DNA of 64,000 nt from Desulfobacterales bacterium (GTDB taxonomy: Bacteria > Desulfobacterota > Desulfobacteria > Desulfobacterales > JAFDDL01): NCBI GenBank assembly GCA_034003325.1, contig JAVEYW010000006.1, positions 4,362 to 68,361 of the forward strand, written 5' to 3'. Below, piece after piece: positions 44,433-53,458 of the stretch (within the stretch, counting starts at the first letter, position 1; each line of letters begins with the position of its first letter). The notes below the pieces were generated by a model, which had not been told where the DNA came from, searched no databases, and saw only the letters and a list, made by a program, of their open reading frames with translations. Both the position numbers and the translations under genes were made by a program.

Positions 44433-47081
44433 GTGGAAAACATGGTCATTTCCATTGACGGGAAAACCGTCAGTTGCCGGGCCGGCACCAGTATTCTCGA
44501 AGCCGCCGACCAGCTCGGCATTCGGATTCCGAGATTATGCCATCACCCGGATTTAAAACCCTTCGGCGCGTGCCGGCTTTGTCTGGTGGAAGATGAAAAA
44601 ACGGGTCGCCTGATGGCGGCCTGCGTCACGCCGGTGGCCCCGCACCTGGCGGTGCAGACCCACTCGCCCAGAGTCGTGAATCACCGGCGGAACATTATTC
44701 GCCTCATGATCGCCGAGCACCCGGAATCCTGCATCGTGTGCAGCAAGGGAAACCGCTGCGGGCTGCGTCAGGTCGCGGCCCAATACGGCGTGGGAGAGAC
44801 GCATCTTTATCCCATGGCCAACGCAAGGCCGCTGGAGCAGGCAAACCCTTTTATAACCCGGGATTTGAGCAAGTGCATTCTCTGCGGAAAATGCATTCGG
44901 GCGGACCATGAACTGGTGGCGGTGGGAGCGATCGACTATAATCATCGTGGGTTTCGCTCCAGGCCGGCAACCGTCCATGAAGCGGATCTGGGCGCTTCGG
45001 AATGCACGTTTTGCGGCACCTGCGTTTCAATCTGTCCCACGGGCGCCTTGGCACTCAAAGGCGGCGCCTATGTGGGCACGCCGGTCGTTGAATCCGATTC
45101 CGTTTGCGGCTTTTGCGGGGTGGGATGCCGGCTTGCGATGGGCGCAGCCTATGAAAAAATCACTGAAGTCAATCCCGCAGGCGGGCCCGATTCGGTCAAT
45201 GGTGCCACGCTCTGTGTTCGCGGCCACTTTGCCCATGATTTTCTGAATACCCCGAAACGGCTTCACGGGCCTTTGATTCGAACCCCTCATCCGGACACCG
45301 GAGAATCCGACCTCGCGCCGGCATCCTGGGAGGCGGCACTCTGCCGGGTGTCGGATCGCTTCAGGCGGATTATTGCGCAAAGCGGTCCGCAGAGCATCGG
45401 ATTTCTGGGTTCATCCAAATGCACCCTTGAGGAAAATTACCTGTTTCAAAAGCTTGCTCGCGTTACCGTCCAAACGAACCACATCGATAACGGCGGGTTC
45501 GTTTCCGGCCAACGCCTGGTGATGCATTTGGATGAAAAGACCGGCGGCAGATGGCGGCGCAACCCGCTGTCATGGCTTGACAGCGCCGAGAGCATCCTGG
45601 TGATCGGCGCGGATCCCAACCACTCGGTGCCCGTGGTCAGCTATTACCTGAAGCGGGCGGCGCAAAGAGGGGTCCCTCTGATCGTGGTGGACCCCAGGCG
45701 AACGGAGTTGGTTAAATGGGCCACCGCATGGCTGCGGATCAACCCGCGGTCGGATCTGGAACTGCTGAACGGGCTGGCGGCTTGCCTGCTGGAGCGAAAC
45801 GGGTATGACGCTGCGTTTATTGATAAGCATACGGAAGGCTTCGGTCTGTATCGCTATGGGCTTTCCTCCCTGAACAGGGACCGGGTCTGCCGAATGACCG
45901 GGCTAGAAAAAAGCCGAATTGAGCGCGCAGCGGATCTTCTGCACGGCAAGAAGATATCGGTGGTGGTGGGGCATGGGATTTTGCAGCAGCAATACGGCGC
46001 TCATTCGCTGGGAGCCCTGATCAACTTAAGTCTTTTGTCCGGCGGGTTCGGTGTGCGTCCCGCGGGGTTTTACGTCCTTATAAGGGAAAACAATGCGATG
46101 GGTGCCATGGATATGGGGGCGGTGCCGAATCTGCTGCCCGGTCGCCGGTCGCTCACTCATGAAGCGGTTCGCAAATCCTGGGAAAAGGCATGGAAAACCA
46201 CCTTGTCGCCGGATCCGGGCCTGGATATGGTGCGAATGATTGAGGCGGCGGAAAAAGGGTTTTTGAAGGCGCTTTATATCATGGGGGAAAACCCGGTTCG
46301 ATCCCTGCCCGAGTCCGATCGCGTGAAAAAAGCGCTTCAAAAACTGGAATTTCTGGTGGTTCAGGACATCGTGCAGAACGAGACCACGGCGATCGCCGAT
46401 GTCGTGCTTTCCGGTGCCGCATTCAGCGAAAAGGGCGGCGCTTTCACGAATCTGGAAGGCCGCATTCAGTCGTTCTCGCCGGTGGTCTCGCCGCCGGGCC
46501 TTGCCCGGGCGGACTGGTGGATTCTCGATTCACTGGGCGGGAAAATGGGGAACGCGGCGCCTTATGGCAGTGTGGATAAAATAGACGAAGAAATTCGGCG
46601 GCTGGTGCCCATGTATGCCCAACTGGATGGTCGGGCACAGGGCTGGATCGGGGCGGAGCAACCAAACGGGGCGCATCCGATATCCTTTTCGGCGGTGGTG
46701 TCCACTGAAGAGGCGCCCGTTGCCGAAGACTTCCCGGTGACGGCGATTATCGGCTCACAGCGGTATCATCTGGGCAGCGGCACGAGAACCGGCCTTTCTC
46801 CGCGCATTCGGGCGGTCGATGTTCAAGCGCGCGCGGAGATATCGCCGCAGGACGCTGAAGCGCTGAATGTAAGCGACGCAGGGCGAGTGCGCATTGTCTC
46901 CCACTGCGGGGAATTGACGCGCGATGTCCGGGTGAACGGCGACTTGTCGCCGGGGCAGGTGTTTGTGCCGACGGGTGTGGAGAATAATTCCGCTCTGGCC
47001 CTGATCGGGTTGGACGCGCTTTCAGGGGCTCGTCCCGCCGGGTGGAAAACCTGCCCGGTCAGGCTGGAAAAGGTCGATTGA
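44433..47081 (+). CDS. FdhA/NuoG/SfrA-like molybdopterin-oxidoreductase-fold iron-sulfur protein lacking the Sec/Cys-His active-site pair
   Basis: N-terminal 2Fe-2S (CHHPDLKPFGACRLC). 4Fe-4S motifs (CILCGKCIRA, CTFCGTCVSICP, CGFCGVGC). MopB-like body. GGFVSGQR stands at the position of FdhH CARVUHGP. Start is uncertain (GTG 44424/44433, ATG 44442). Confidence 0.8.
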   Translation: MENMVISIDGKTVSCRAGTSILEAADQLGIRIPRLCHHPDLKPFGACRLCLVEDEKTGRLMAACVTPVAPHLAVQTHSPRVVNHRRNIIRLMIAEHPESCIVCSKGNRCGLRQVAAQYGVGETHLYPMANARPLEQANPFITRDLSKCILCGKCIRADHELVAVGAIDYNHRGFRSRPATVHEADLGASECTFCGTCVSICPTGALALKGGAYVGTPVVESDSVCGFCGVGCRLAMGAAYEKITEVNPAGGPDSVNGATLCVRGHFAHDFLNTPKRLHGPLIRTPHPDTGESDLAPASWEAALCRVSDRFRRIIAQSGPQSIGFLGSSKCTLEENYLFQKLARVTVQTNHIDNGGFVSGQRLVMHLDEKTGGRWRRNPLSWLDSAESILVIGADPNHSVPVVSYYLKRAAQRGVPLIVVDPRRTELVKWATAWLRINPRSDLELLNGLAACLLERNGYDAAFIDKHTEGFGLYRYGLSSLNRDRVCRMTGLEKSRIERAADLLHGKKISVVVGHGILQQQYGAHSLGALINLSLLSGGFGVRPAGFYVLIRENNAMGAMDMGAVPNLLPGRRSLTHEAVRKSWEKAWKTTLSPDPGLDMVRMIEAAEKGFLKALYIMGENPVRSLPESDRVKKALQKLEFLVVQDIVQNETTAIADVVLSGAAFSEKGGAFTNLEGRIQSFSPVVSPPGLARADWWILDSLGGKMGNAAPYGSVDKIDEEIRRLVPMYAQLDGRAQGWIGAEQPNGAHPISFSAVVSTEEAPVAEDFPVTAIIGSQRYHLGSGTRTGLSPRIRAVDVQARAEISPQDAEALNVSDAGRVRIVSHCGELTRDVRVNGDLSPGQVFVPTGVENNSALALIGLDALSGARPAGWKTCPVRLEKVD

Positions 47082-47125
47082 AAAGAACATGCCCGCGAAG
47101 CGGGAAAAGCATCGAGGGAAATGAA

Positions 47126-47620
47126 ATGACTCCTCCGCCGATTGATTGGGATAAGCTGGCAGCAACGATTGAAAAGTTTAAAGACCAAAAATGGGGGCTG
47201 ATTCCCCTGCTGCAGGAGATTCAGGCGCATTTCGGCTATATTCCGCCCGATACCATCGACCCCATTGCCGAGGCGATGAATCTCTTTCCCGCGCAGGTTC
47301 AGGGAGTGATCAATTTTTACGCCGGGTTTTCATTGGAACCCAAGGGCAAATACGTGATCAAGGTCTGCCGGGGAACGGCCTGCCATGTCAAGGGCAGCGA
47401 AAGCCTTTTACGGCTCATGAAAAGGGAGCTGAATGTCGGAGAGGGCGAGACCACGCCGGATTACCGGTTTACCCTGGAAACCGCGGCTTGTCTCGGCGCC
47501 TGCGCGCTGGCGCCGACGATGATGGTGAACAAGAATTATTTCGGCAAGGTTTCTCCTGCCAAGGTCAGCTCCACGCTGGGCGAATACGGAAAACCCGACC
47601 ACGAAGAAGACACGCAATGA
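47126..47620 (+). CDS. NuoE/HndA-like [2Fe-2S] thioredoxin-fold subunit
   Basis: ATG 47126 with GAGGGA upstream. ..LIPLLQEIQAHFGYIP.. and CRGTACHVKG...CLGACALAP cysteine pattern. Confidence 0.85.
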   Translation: MTPPPIDWDKLAATIEKFKDQKWGLIPLLQEIQAHFGYIPPDTIDPIAEAMNLFPAQVQGVINFYAGFSLEPKGKYVIKVCRGTACHVKGSESLLRLMKRELNVGEGETTPDYRFTLETAACLGACALAPTMMVNKNYFGKVSPAKVSSTLGEYGKPDHEEDTQ

Positions 47621-47697
47621 CGGATTTCCCTTTATATTTGTCGACTGGTGACTGTCGACTGAAGACTTCCGGCGATGCCGGATGAGGATGCAAGTAT

Positions 47698-50600
47698 ATG
47701 GCGACCCTAAAACATCTTGAAACCCCTTCGCATCTGGAAGCATTTCGGCAAGATATTTTGCGTGCCCGTGATGACGCCAAGCCCGCGGTCAAGGTCTGCT
47801 GCACGACCGGGTGCCGGGCGGGCGGATCCTTGAAAATCATGGATGCGCTGCATCGAGAGCTCTCGGACCGGGGGCTGGCCGATACGATTGAGGTGAAGAA
47901 AACCGGGTGTCGCGGCTTTTGCGAAAAGGGCCCGGTCATGGCCATCGAGCCGGAAAATATTTTTTATAACCAGGTAACCCCCGAGGATGTCCCTGATATT
48001 GTGACGCAAACCCTTCTTTCCGGTGATCCGGTGTCACGGCTGCTTTACATGGATCCGGAAACCAAAAAGCCGATCCGGTATGAAAAGGATATTCCCTTTT
48101 TCGGAAAACAGGTTCGCCGGGTGCTGGCCAATTGCGGCCGCATCGATCCCACGCGCATCGAGGATTATATCGCGGCGGGCGGATACCGGGGTTTAAGCAA
48201 GGCGCTGACCCGCATGACGCCCGATGAGGTGATCGAGGAGGTCACGGCCGCCAAACTCAGGGGCAGGGGCGGCGCCGGGTTTTCCACGGGTCTGAAATGG
48301 AAGTTTACCCGTCAGGCGGCCGGCCGGCCCAAATACATTGTCTGTAACGCGGATGAGGGGGATCCCGGCGCGTTTATGGATCGTGCGGTTTTGGAAGGAG
48401 ATCCGCACGCCGTGCTGGAAGGCATGCTCATCGGCGCCTATGCGATTGGTGCCGAATACGGGGTGATCTATGTGCGCGAGGAATATCCCCTGGCCGTTGA
48501 ACACCTGCAGTTGGCCATTGATCAGATGACATCGCTCGGCATGCTTGGAAAAAGTATTCTGGGCACGGATTTTCACTTTGAGATGACGATCAACAAGGGA
48601 TCCGGCGCTTTTGTCTGCGGCGAGGAAACCGCACTCATGGCCTCCGTGGAGGGAAAACGTGGCATGCCCCGGGCCAGGCCCCCTTTCCCCGCGCAGGCGG
48701 GGTTGGACGGCAACCCCACCAATATCAATAACGTGGAGACCTGGGCCAATATTCCGCTCATCGTCAACCATGGGGCCGCATGGTATGCCGAACTGGGTAC
48801 CGAAAACAGCAAGGGCACCAAGATCTTCTCCCTGACCGGCAAGGTCAACAACACGGGACTTGTCGAGGTTCCCATCGGGGTCACCATCAAGGAGGTTGTC
48901 TACGATATCGGCGGCGGCATTCCCAAGGGCAGACAATTTAAGGCGGTGCAGATGGGCGGCCCTTCAGGCGGCTGTGTGCCGGCCCAGTTCATCAACCTGC
49001 CCATCGATTACGATACCCTTCAGCGCATCGGCGCCATCATGGGTTCGGGCGGCATGGTGGTTATGGACGAGAATAATTGCATGGTGGAGATCGCCCGGTT
49101 CTTTCTCAACTTCACTCAGTCCGAATCCTGCGGTAAATGCACGCCGTGCCGTATCGGAACGACCCAGTTGCTGGAGATTTTAACCCGGATTACCCGCGGA
49201 GAGGGCAAACTCGAGGATTTGGAGACGATCAAGGCCCTGGGTGAAACCATCATGGAATCCTCCCTGTGCGGCCTGGGCCAGACTTGCCCCAAGCCTGCAT
49301 TGTCCACCCTTAAATACTTCACGAAGGAATATGAGGATCATATTCGGGAACATCGCTGCGCAGGCGCCGCCTGTGATGCCATGGTGATTTCGGCCTGTCA
49401 GCATGCCTGCCCCGCCGGCATTGATGTTCCCAATTATGTGGCAGCCGTTGCCGAAGGAAATTATGAAGCGGCCGTGGAGATCATTCGAGAGCGAAACCCC
49501 TTTCCGGCCGTGTGCGGCCGAATCTGTATTCATCCTTGCGAGGTCAAATGCCGCCGGGGCGAGCTGGATGCGCCGGTGGCCGTTCGGCTGTTGAAACGCT
49601 ATGCCGCAGATTGGTATTTTCAGCACATCGGCACGGCGGCAACGCCGTTTGCCGTCACGCAACCCGGCAAGGTGGCGGTGGTGGGGGCGGGTCCTGCCGG
49701 ATTAACCTGCGGGTATTTTCTGGCAAAGCGGGGATACCGGGTAGAGGTGTTTGAATCCCAGCCCGTGGCCGGCGGCATGCTCGGCATTGCGGTGCCGGAG
49801 TTCCGTCTGCCGCGACGGGTGATCGAAGAAGAGGTGCGCTATATTCAAAGCTGCGGGGTCACCATTCACTACGACACGCCCATCGATGCCCGGCATACCG
49901 TCAACGATCTGATGGCCGAGGGCTTCAGCGCAGTGTTTATCGCCGCCGGTGCCCAGTCCAGTTTGCGCTTAAGAATTCCAGGGGAAGAAGAGAAGCTTGA
50001 CGGGGTGTATAACGGCTTGCAGTTTTTGACGGATGCGCGAACCGGCAAAGGCATTCGGTTGCGCGGAAAGGTCATTGTGATCGGCGGCGGGAATGTGGCT
50101 TTTGATGCCGCCAGAACCGCGTTGCGAATGGGTGCGGACGGGGTCATGATTTACTACCGCAGAACCCTTCAGGAAATGCCGGCCTGGGAGCAGGATATCA
50201 AGGAGGCTGTCGAGGAAGGCGTGGTCATTCATCCCCTGTGGGCGCCCAAGGAAATTCTTTCAAAAGCGGGCCGGGTCACCGGCATGGCGTTTGCGCGAAG
50301 TTGCACCATCTGGGATAAAAACGGCCAGGCGCGCCTCAGTATTGATGAGGACACGGTACAGGCGGTGGATGCCGACACCGTGATCATCGCCATCGGTCAG
50401 GCGCCGGATGTCTCTTTTCTCTCCAGGGACCATCTGATAGAGCGGTCCCTGTGGGGCGGTCTCGAAGTAGACGCCAACCGGTTGGCCACCAATATTCCCG
50501 GGATTTTTTCAGGCGGGGATTTTATCATCGGTCCCAGCACGGTCATACAGGCCATCGCTTCCGGCAGAAGAGCGGCCATTGCCATTGACAAATATCTGCT

Positions 50601-50841
50601 CGGTGATAAGGGCCGGGTTGAAATTTCGGATGAGAAAACCGCCAGGGCTTCGAGCGCCAGACTGGCCCTGGAGCAGCCCCTCACGGAGGATCAACCCCGG
50701 ATTTTGGCCGATCATGAAGCGGTCGCGGAAAGAGTCGCGGATTTTCGAGAGGTTGAAAAAGGATTTACTCAGGACCAGGCGCACCGGGAGGCTAGGCGTT
50801 GTCTGCGGTGTGATCTGGAAAAGGAGATCGTAAACGAATGA
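47698..50841 (+). CDS. Fusion of a NuoF/HydB-like FMN/NAD(H)-binding subunit and a GltD/NfnB-like FAD/NAD(P)H oxidoreductase
   Basis: N-terminal thioredoxin-like 2Fe-2S (CCTTGCRAGG..GCRGFC). GRGGAGFSTGLKW FMN site. CGKCTPCRIGT. Then ..CPAGIDVPNY..NPFPAVCGRICIHPCE..VAVVGAGPAGLTCGYFL..GGGNVAFDAA.. is GltD-like. 1047 aa. Confidence 0.85.
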   Translation: MATLKHLETPSHLEAFRQDILRARDDAKPAVKVCCTTGCRAGGSLKIMDALHRELSDRGLADTIEVKKTGCRGFCEKGPVMAIEPENIFYNQVTPEDVPDIVTQTLLSGDPVSRLLYMDPETKKPIRYEKDIPFFGKQVRRVLANCGRIDPTRIEDYIAAGGYRGLSKALTRMTPDEVIEEVTAAKLRGRGGAGFSTGLKWKFTRQAAGRPKYIVCNADEGDPGAFMDRAVLEGDPHAVLEGMLIGAYAIGAEYGVIYVREEYPLAVEHLQLAIDQMTSLGMLGKSILGTDFHFEMTINKGSGAFVCGEETALMASVEGKRGMPRARPPFPAQAGLDGNPTNINNVETWANIPLIVNHGAAWYAELGTENSKGTKIFSLTGKVNNTGLVEVPIGVTIKEVVYDIGGGIPKGRQFKAVQMGGPSGGCVPAQFINLPIDYDTLQRIGAIMGSGGMVVMDENNCMVEIARFFLNFTQSESCGKCTPCRIGTTQLLEILTRITRGEGKLEDLETIKALGETIMESSLCGLGQTCPKPALSTLKYFTKEYEDHIREHRCAGAACDAMVISACQHACPAGIDVPNYVAAVAEGNYEAAVEIIRERNPFPAVCGRICIHPCEVKCRRGELDAPVAVRLLKRYAADWYFQHIGTAATPFAVTQPGKVAVVGAGPAGLTCGYFLAKRGYRVEVFESQPVAGGMLGIAVPEFRLPRRVIEEEVRYIQSCGVTIHYDTPIDARHTVNDLMAEGFSAVFIAAGAQSSLRLRIPGEEEKLDGVYNGLQFLTDARTGKGIRLRGKVIVIGGGNVAFDAARTALRMGADGVMIYYRRTLQEMPAWEQDIKEAVEEGVVIHPLWAPKEILSKAGRVTGMAFARSCTIWDKNGQARLSIDEDTVQAVDADTVIIAIGQAPDVSFLSRDHLIERSLWGGLEVDANRLATNIPGIFSGGDFIIGPSTVIQAIASGRRAAIAIDKYLLGDKGRVEISDEKTARASSARLALEQPLTEDQPRILADHEAVAERVADFREVEKGFTQDQAHREARRCLRCDLEKEIVNE

Positions 50842-51491
50842 TCAGATCCATCACCCAACCCAAATCGGAAGAAGAAATTGACCGGCTTTTAACCGGACTC
50901 GGCAGAGTGTTTATCATCGGCTGCGGCACCTGTGTGACGCTTACCCGCACCGGTGGGGAGCCTGAAGTCGCCGCCATGAAAGCAAAACTTTCCGGAAAGG
51001 GAAAACTCGTCACCGGACTCACGGTGGTGCCCGTGGCCTGTGATAACCTGACCCGGGAGGTTCTATCCGAATTCGGCGCCCGGATTGATCAGGCGGACGT
51101 GCTGCTGGTGATGACCTGCGCCTTTGGGGTGCAGACCATTGCCAGGCAGTTGAAGGTGTTCGTGGTGCCGGCCCTGGATACGCTCTTTATCGGCAAGGAG
51201 ACCGGCGTCGGGCTGTACGATGAAATCTGCACACAATGCGGTACCTGCGTCATCGGCGAAACCGGCGGCATTTGCCCGGTCACCAATTGCCACAAGGGCT
51301 TGGTCAACGGCCCCTGCGGCGGCACCAATCACGGCATGTGCGAGATCGATGTCAACAAGGACTGCGCGTGGACTTTGATATACAACCGCTTAAAGGAACT
51401 TGGCCGGCTCGATGCCATGAAAAAGTATCAGCCGCCCAGAAACCATCAGGGCGAGCCCAAACCCGGAAAGTTGAAACTGCCGGCAGGATAG
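50838..51491 (+). CDS. metV: MetV (Cys-rich MTHFR-associated small subunit, MTHFR_C domain)
   Basis: ATGA overlap with the upstream stop. ..IIGCGTCVT.. and ..CTQCGTCVIGETGGICPVTNCHKGLVNGPCGG.. motifs. Confidence 0.8.
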   Translation: MIRSITQPKSEEEIDRLLTGLGRVFIIGCGTCVTLTRTGGEPEVAAMKAKLSGKGKLVTGLTVVPVACDNLTREVLSEFGARIDQADVLLVMTCAFGVQTIARQLKVFVVPALDTLFIGKETGVGLYDEICTQCGTCVIGETGGICPVTNCHKGLVNGPCGGTNHGMCEIDVNKDCAWTLIYNRLKELGRLDAMKKYQPPRNHQGEPKPGKLKLPAG

Positions 51492-51551
51492 CAGCGCGGT
51501 TTTTCATTTGGCTGCTCTCCCCCGTGACTTTTAACGAAAGGATCAAGTCTC

Positions 51552-52436
51552 ATGGTGTCATCATTTAAAACGGCACTGAGTTCGGGAAAATTCGTGGTGA
51601 CCAGCGAGGTCGCGCCTCCCAAGGGGACGAATCTTGAAAAATTCAAGCATCATATCGAGTTGCTGAAAGACAAGGTGGATGCCATGAACGTGACCGATCA
51701 TCAAAGTTCGGTCATGCGGTATCCGTCCCTGGGCGGCGCGATTCTGGCAAAAGAAATGGGCGGAGAGGTCATTTTGCAGATGACCTGCCGGGACCGAAAC
51801 CGGCTGGCCCTGCAAGCGGATTTGCTCTTTGCGCACACGCGGGGGGTCCAAAACGTGCTGTGCCTCACGGGGGATTCCATTATTCTGGGCGATCACAAAG
51901 AGGCCAAAAGCGTCTTTGATCTCGATTCAAGCCAGTTGCTGGAAGCGATTCGAACCCTGGAGAAGGGGAGAGATCTTGGCGGCAACGATCTGGACGGCGA
52001 GGTGTCCTTTTGCGCCGGCGCGATCGTAACACCGGAAGCAGACCCCCTGGAGCCCCAGCTTATCAAATTCGAGAAAAAAATCGATGCCGGCGCCGAGTTC
52101 ATTCAAACTCAGGCCGTCTACGACCTGGAACACTTTAAAACCTTCATGACCTATGCCCGCCAGTTTGACGTGAAAATCCTGGCTGGGATTATTTTATTGA
52201 CCTCCGCGCCCATGGCCCGTTTTATGAATAAAAACATCGCGGGCGTCAGTGTTCCCCAGGCCCTGATCGATGAGATGACCGCAGCCCCCAAAGGAAAAGC
52301 CCTGACCCGGGGAATAGAGATCGCCGGCCGAATGATCAAACGAATCAAGGAAGAAAACCTGTGCGACGGGGTGCATATCATGGCCATCGGCAAGGAGGAA
52401 ACCGTCCCGGACATCATGGCGGCCGCTGGCTTATGA
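51552..52436 (+). CDS. metF: Methylenetetrahydrofolate reductase (MetF, acetogen/anaerobe type)
   Basis: ..GKFVVTSEVAPPKG..DAMNVTD..MTCRDRNRLALQADLL..LCLTGD..FIQTQAVYD... 294 aa. Immediately downstream of metV. Confidence 0.85.
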   Translation: MVSSFKTALSSGKFVVTSEVAPPKGTNLEKFKHHIELLKDKVDAMNVTDHQSSVMRYPSLGGAILAKEMGGEVILQMTCRDRNRLALQADLLFAHTRGVQNVLCLTGDSIILGDHKEAKSVFDLDSSQLLEAIRTLEKGRDLGGNDLDGEVSFCAGAIVTPEADPLEPQLIKFEKKIDAGAEFIQTQAVYDLEHFKTFMTYARQFDVKILAGIILLTSAPMARFMNKNIAGVSVPQALIDEMTAAPKGKALTRGIEIAGRMIKRIKEENLCDGVHIMAIGKEETVPDIMAAAGL

Positions 52437-52572
52437 GGTAGTCATGCGATTGAAAAGAACTTCTAATATGCGTCGCTTACGCGAAACCATACAGTCAATA
52501 GAGTGACCCTCCCATTTCATTCAGGTTATTCGCGTGCAGCCGGCGGTTCACCGCTGCATCAAGATGGTTTTG

Positions 52573-53130
52573 TTAGGTCGCTTTTTTAACCTCAATCCGC
52601 TTCACATCCGGTTTGGGCAACGCTTTGCGCGGTATCGTAATGGTCAGAACGCCTTTTTTAAACCCCGCCTGTATGTTGTCCTGATCTGCGTCATCCGGCA
52701 ACGAAAGAATTCGTTGGAAAGACCCGTAAGAGCGTTCAAGGCGGTAATAATCTTTTTCCTTTTCCTCTTGCTCTCGCTTCTTTTCTCCTCGAATGGTCAG
52801 TGTGTTATCGGAAAGTTCGAGCTTGATATCCTTTTCGTCCACACCGGGGACTTCAACGGTGACGGCGTACTCCTTTTCCGTGGACCCGATGTCTAAAGTG
52901 GGTTTGAGAATGCCGTGGCCCAATTGTGAGAAATCCGATTCCAAAAGGCTCGTTTGAGGCATCCAGAACCCTCTGACCATATTGTCAAATAACCGGTCAA
53001 ATTCCTGATGAATCTGATGATACAAAGGATGGTGTTGCCCCTGAGGTCCGGTATGCTGTACTTGCATTTTTTTTCCGGCATCTTCTTCTTGTTTGAACCA
53101 ATTCCAGGGAGCCAGTTTCTTGATATCCAT
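52573..53130 (-). CDS. Hsp20/alpha-crystallin small heat-shock protein
   Basis: ATG 53130 with AAGGAGGA upstream (MDIKKLAPWNW..). Alpha-crystallin core ..YAVTVEVPGVDEKDIKLELSDNTLTIRGEKK..YGSFQRILSLP..GVLTITIPK... The track start at 53190 extends into the repeat element. Confidence 0.9.
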   Translation of the reverse strand: MDIKKLAPWNWFKQEEDAGKKMQVQHTGPQGQHHPLYHQIHQEFDRLFDNMVRGFWMPQTSLLESDFSQLGHGILKPTLDIGSTEKEYAVTVEVPGVDEKDIKLELSDNTLTIRGEKKREQEEKEKDYYRLERSYGSFQRILSLPDDADQDNIQAGFKKGVLTITIPRKALPKPDVKRIEVKKAT

Positions 53131-53147
53131 AAGTTCCTCCTTTTGAA

Positions 53148-53261
53148 TTAGGCCCTTTATCATAAACATGCACGAAAAAGCGTGTATCATTGGAGAAGGT
53201 TGTTAGCTGCCAAGCATCCCAGCATCCCAGCCGCCCAGCTTCCGGCTTTGCCAGATTAGGC
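53148..53261 (+). repeat. Intergenic repeat, subtype B
   Basis: TTAGGCCCTTTATCATAAACATGCACGAAAAAGCGTGTATCATTGGAGAAGGTTGTTAGCTGCCAAGCATCCCAGCATCCCAGCCGCCCAGCTTCCGGCTTTGCCAGATTAGGC. Confidence 0.9.
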
Positions 53262-53458
53262 GGTTTATTTCTTTTGGCAAAAATTTAAATTGATTTTTTG
53301 GGCTGTCAAGAGCGGGTTCATTTTTTTTAAAAAAACCGATTTCAAAGCACACCCTTTCTCAAAACTTGTTTAAGTGGCAGATTAGGCGTCTATCCAGGCC
53401 TGAGCGCTGGTATGTGATTGATGACCCACTCTGTGCCAAGTGTGTGGCGCCGCTCGGT

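Noticed and set aside
44433-47081. Annotation as a catalytic formate dehydrogenase alpha subunit
   Set aside because: The Sec/Cys-His pair is replaced by Ser-Gly at the aligned position and there is no in-frame TGA. I therefore treat it as an FdhA-fold electron-transfer subunit.
48193-48936. 247-aa reverse ORF
   Set aside because: Antisense to the NuoF-like FMN-binding region of the 1047-aa gene.
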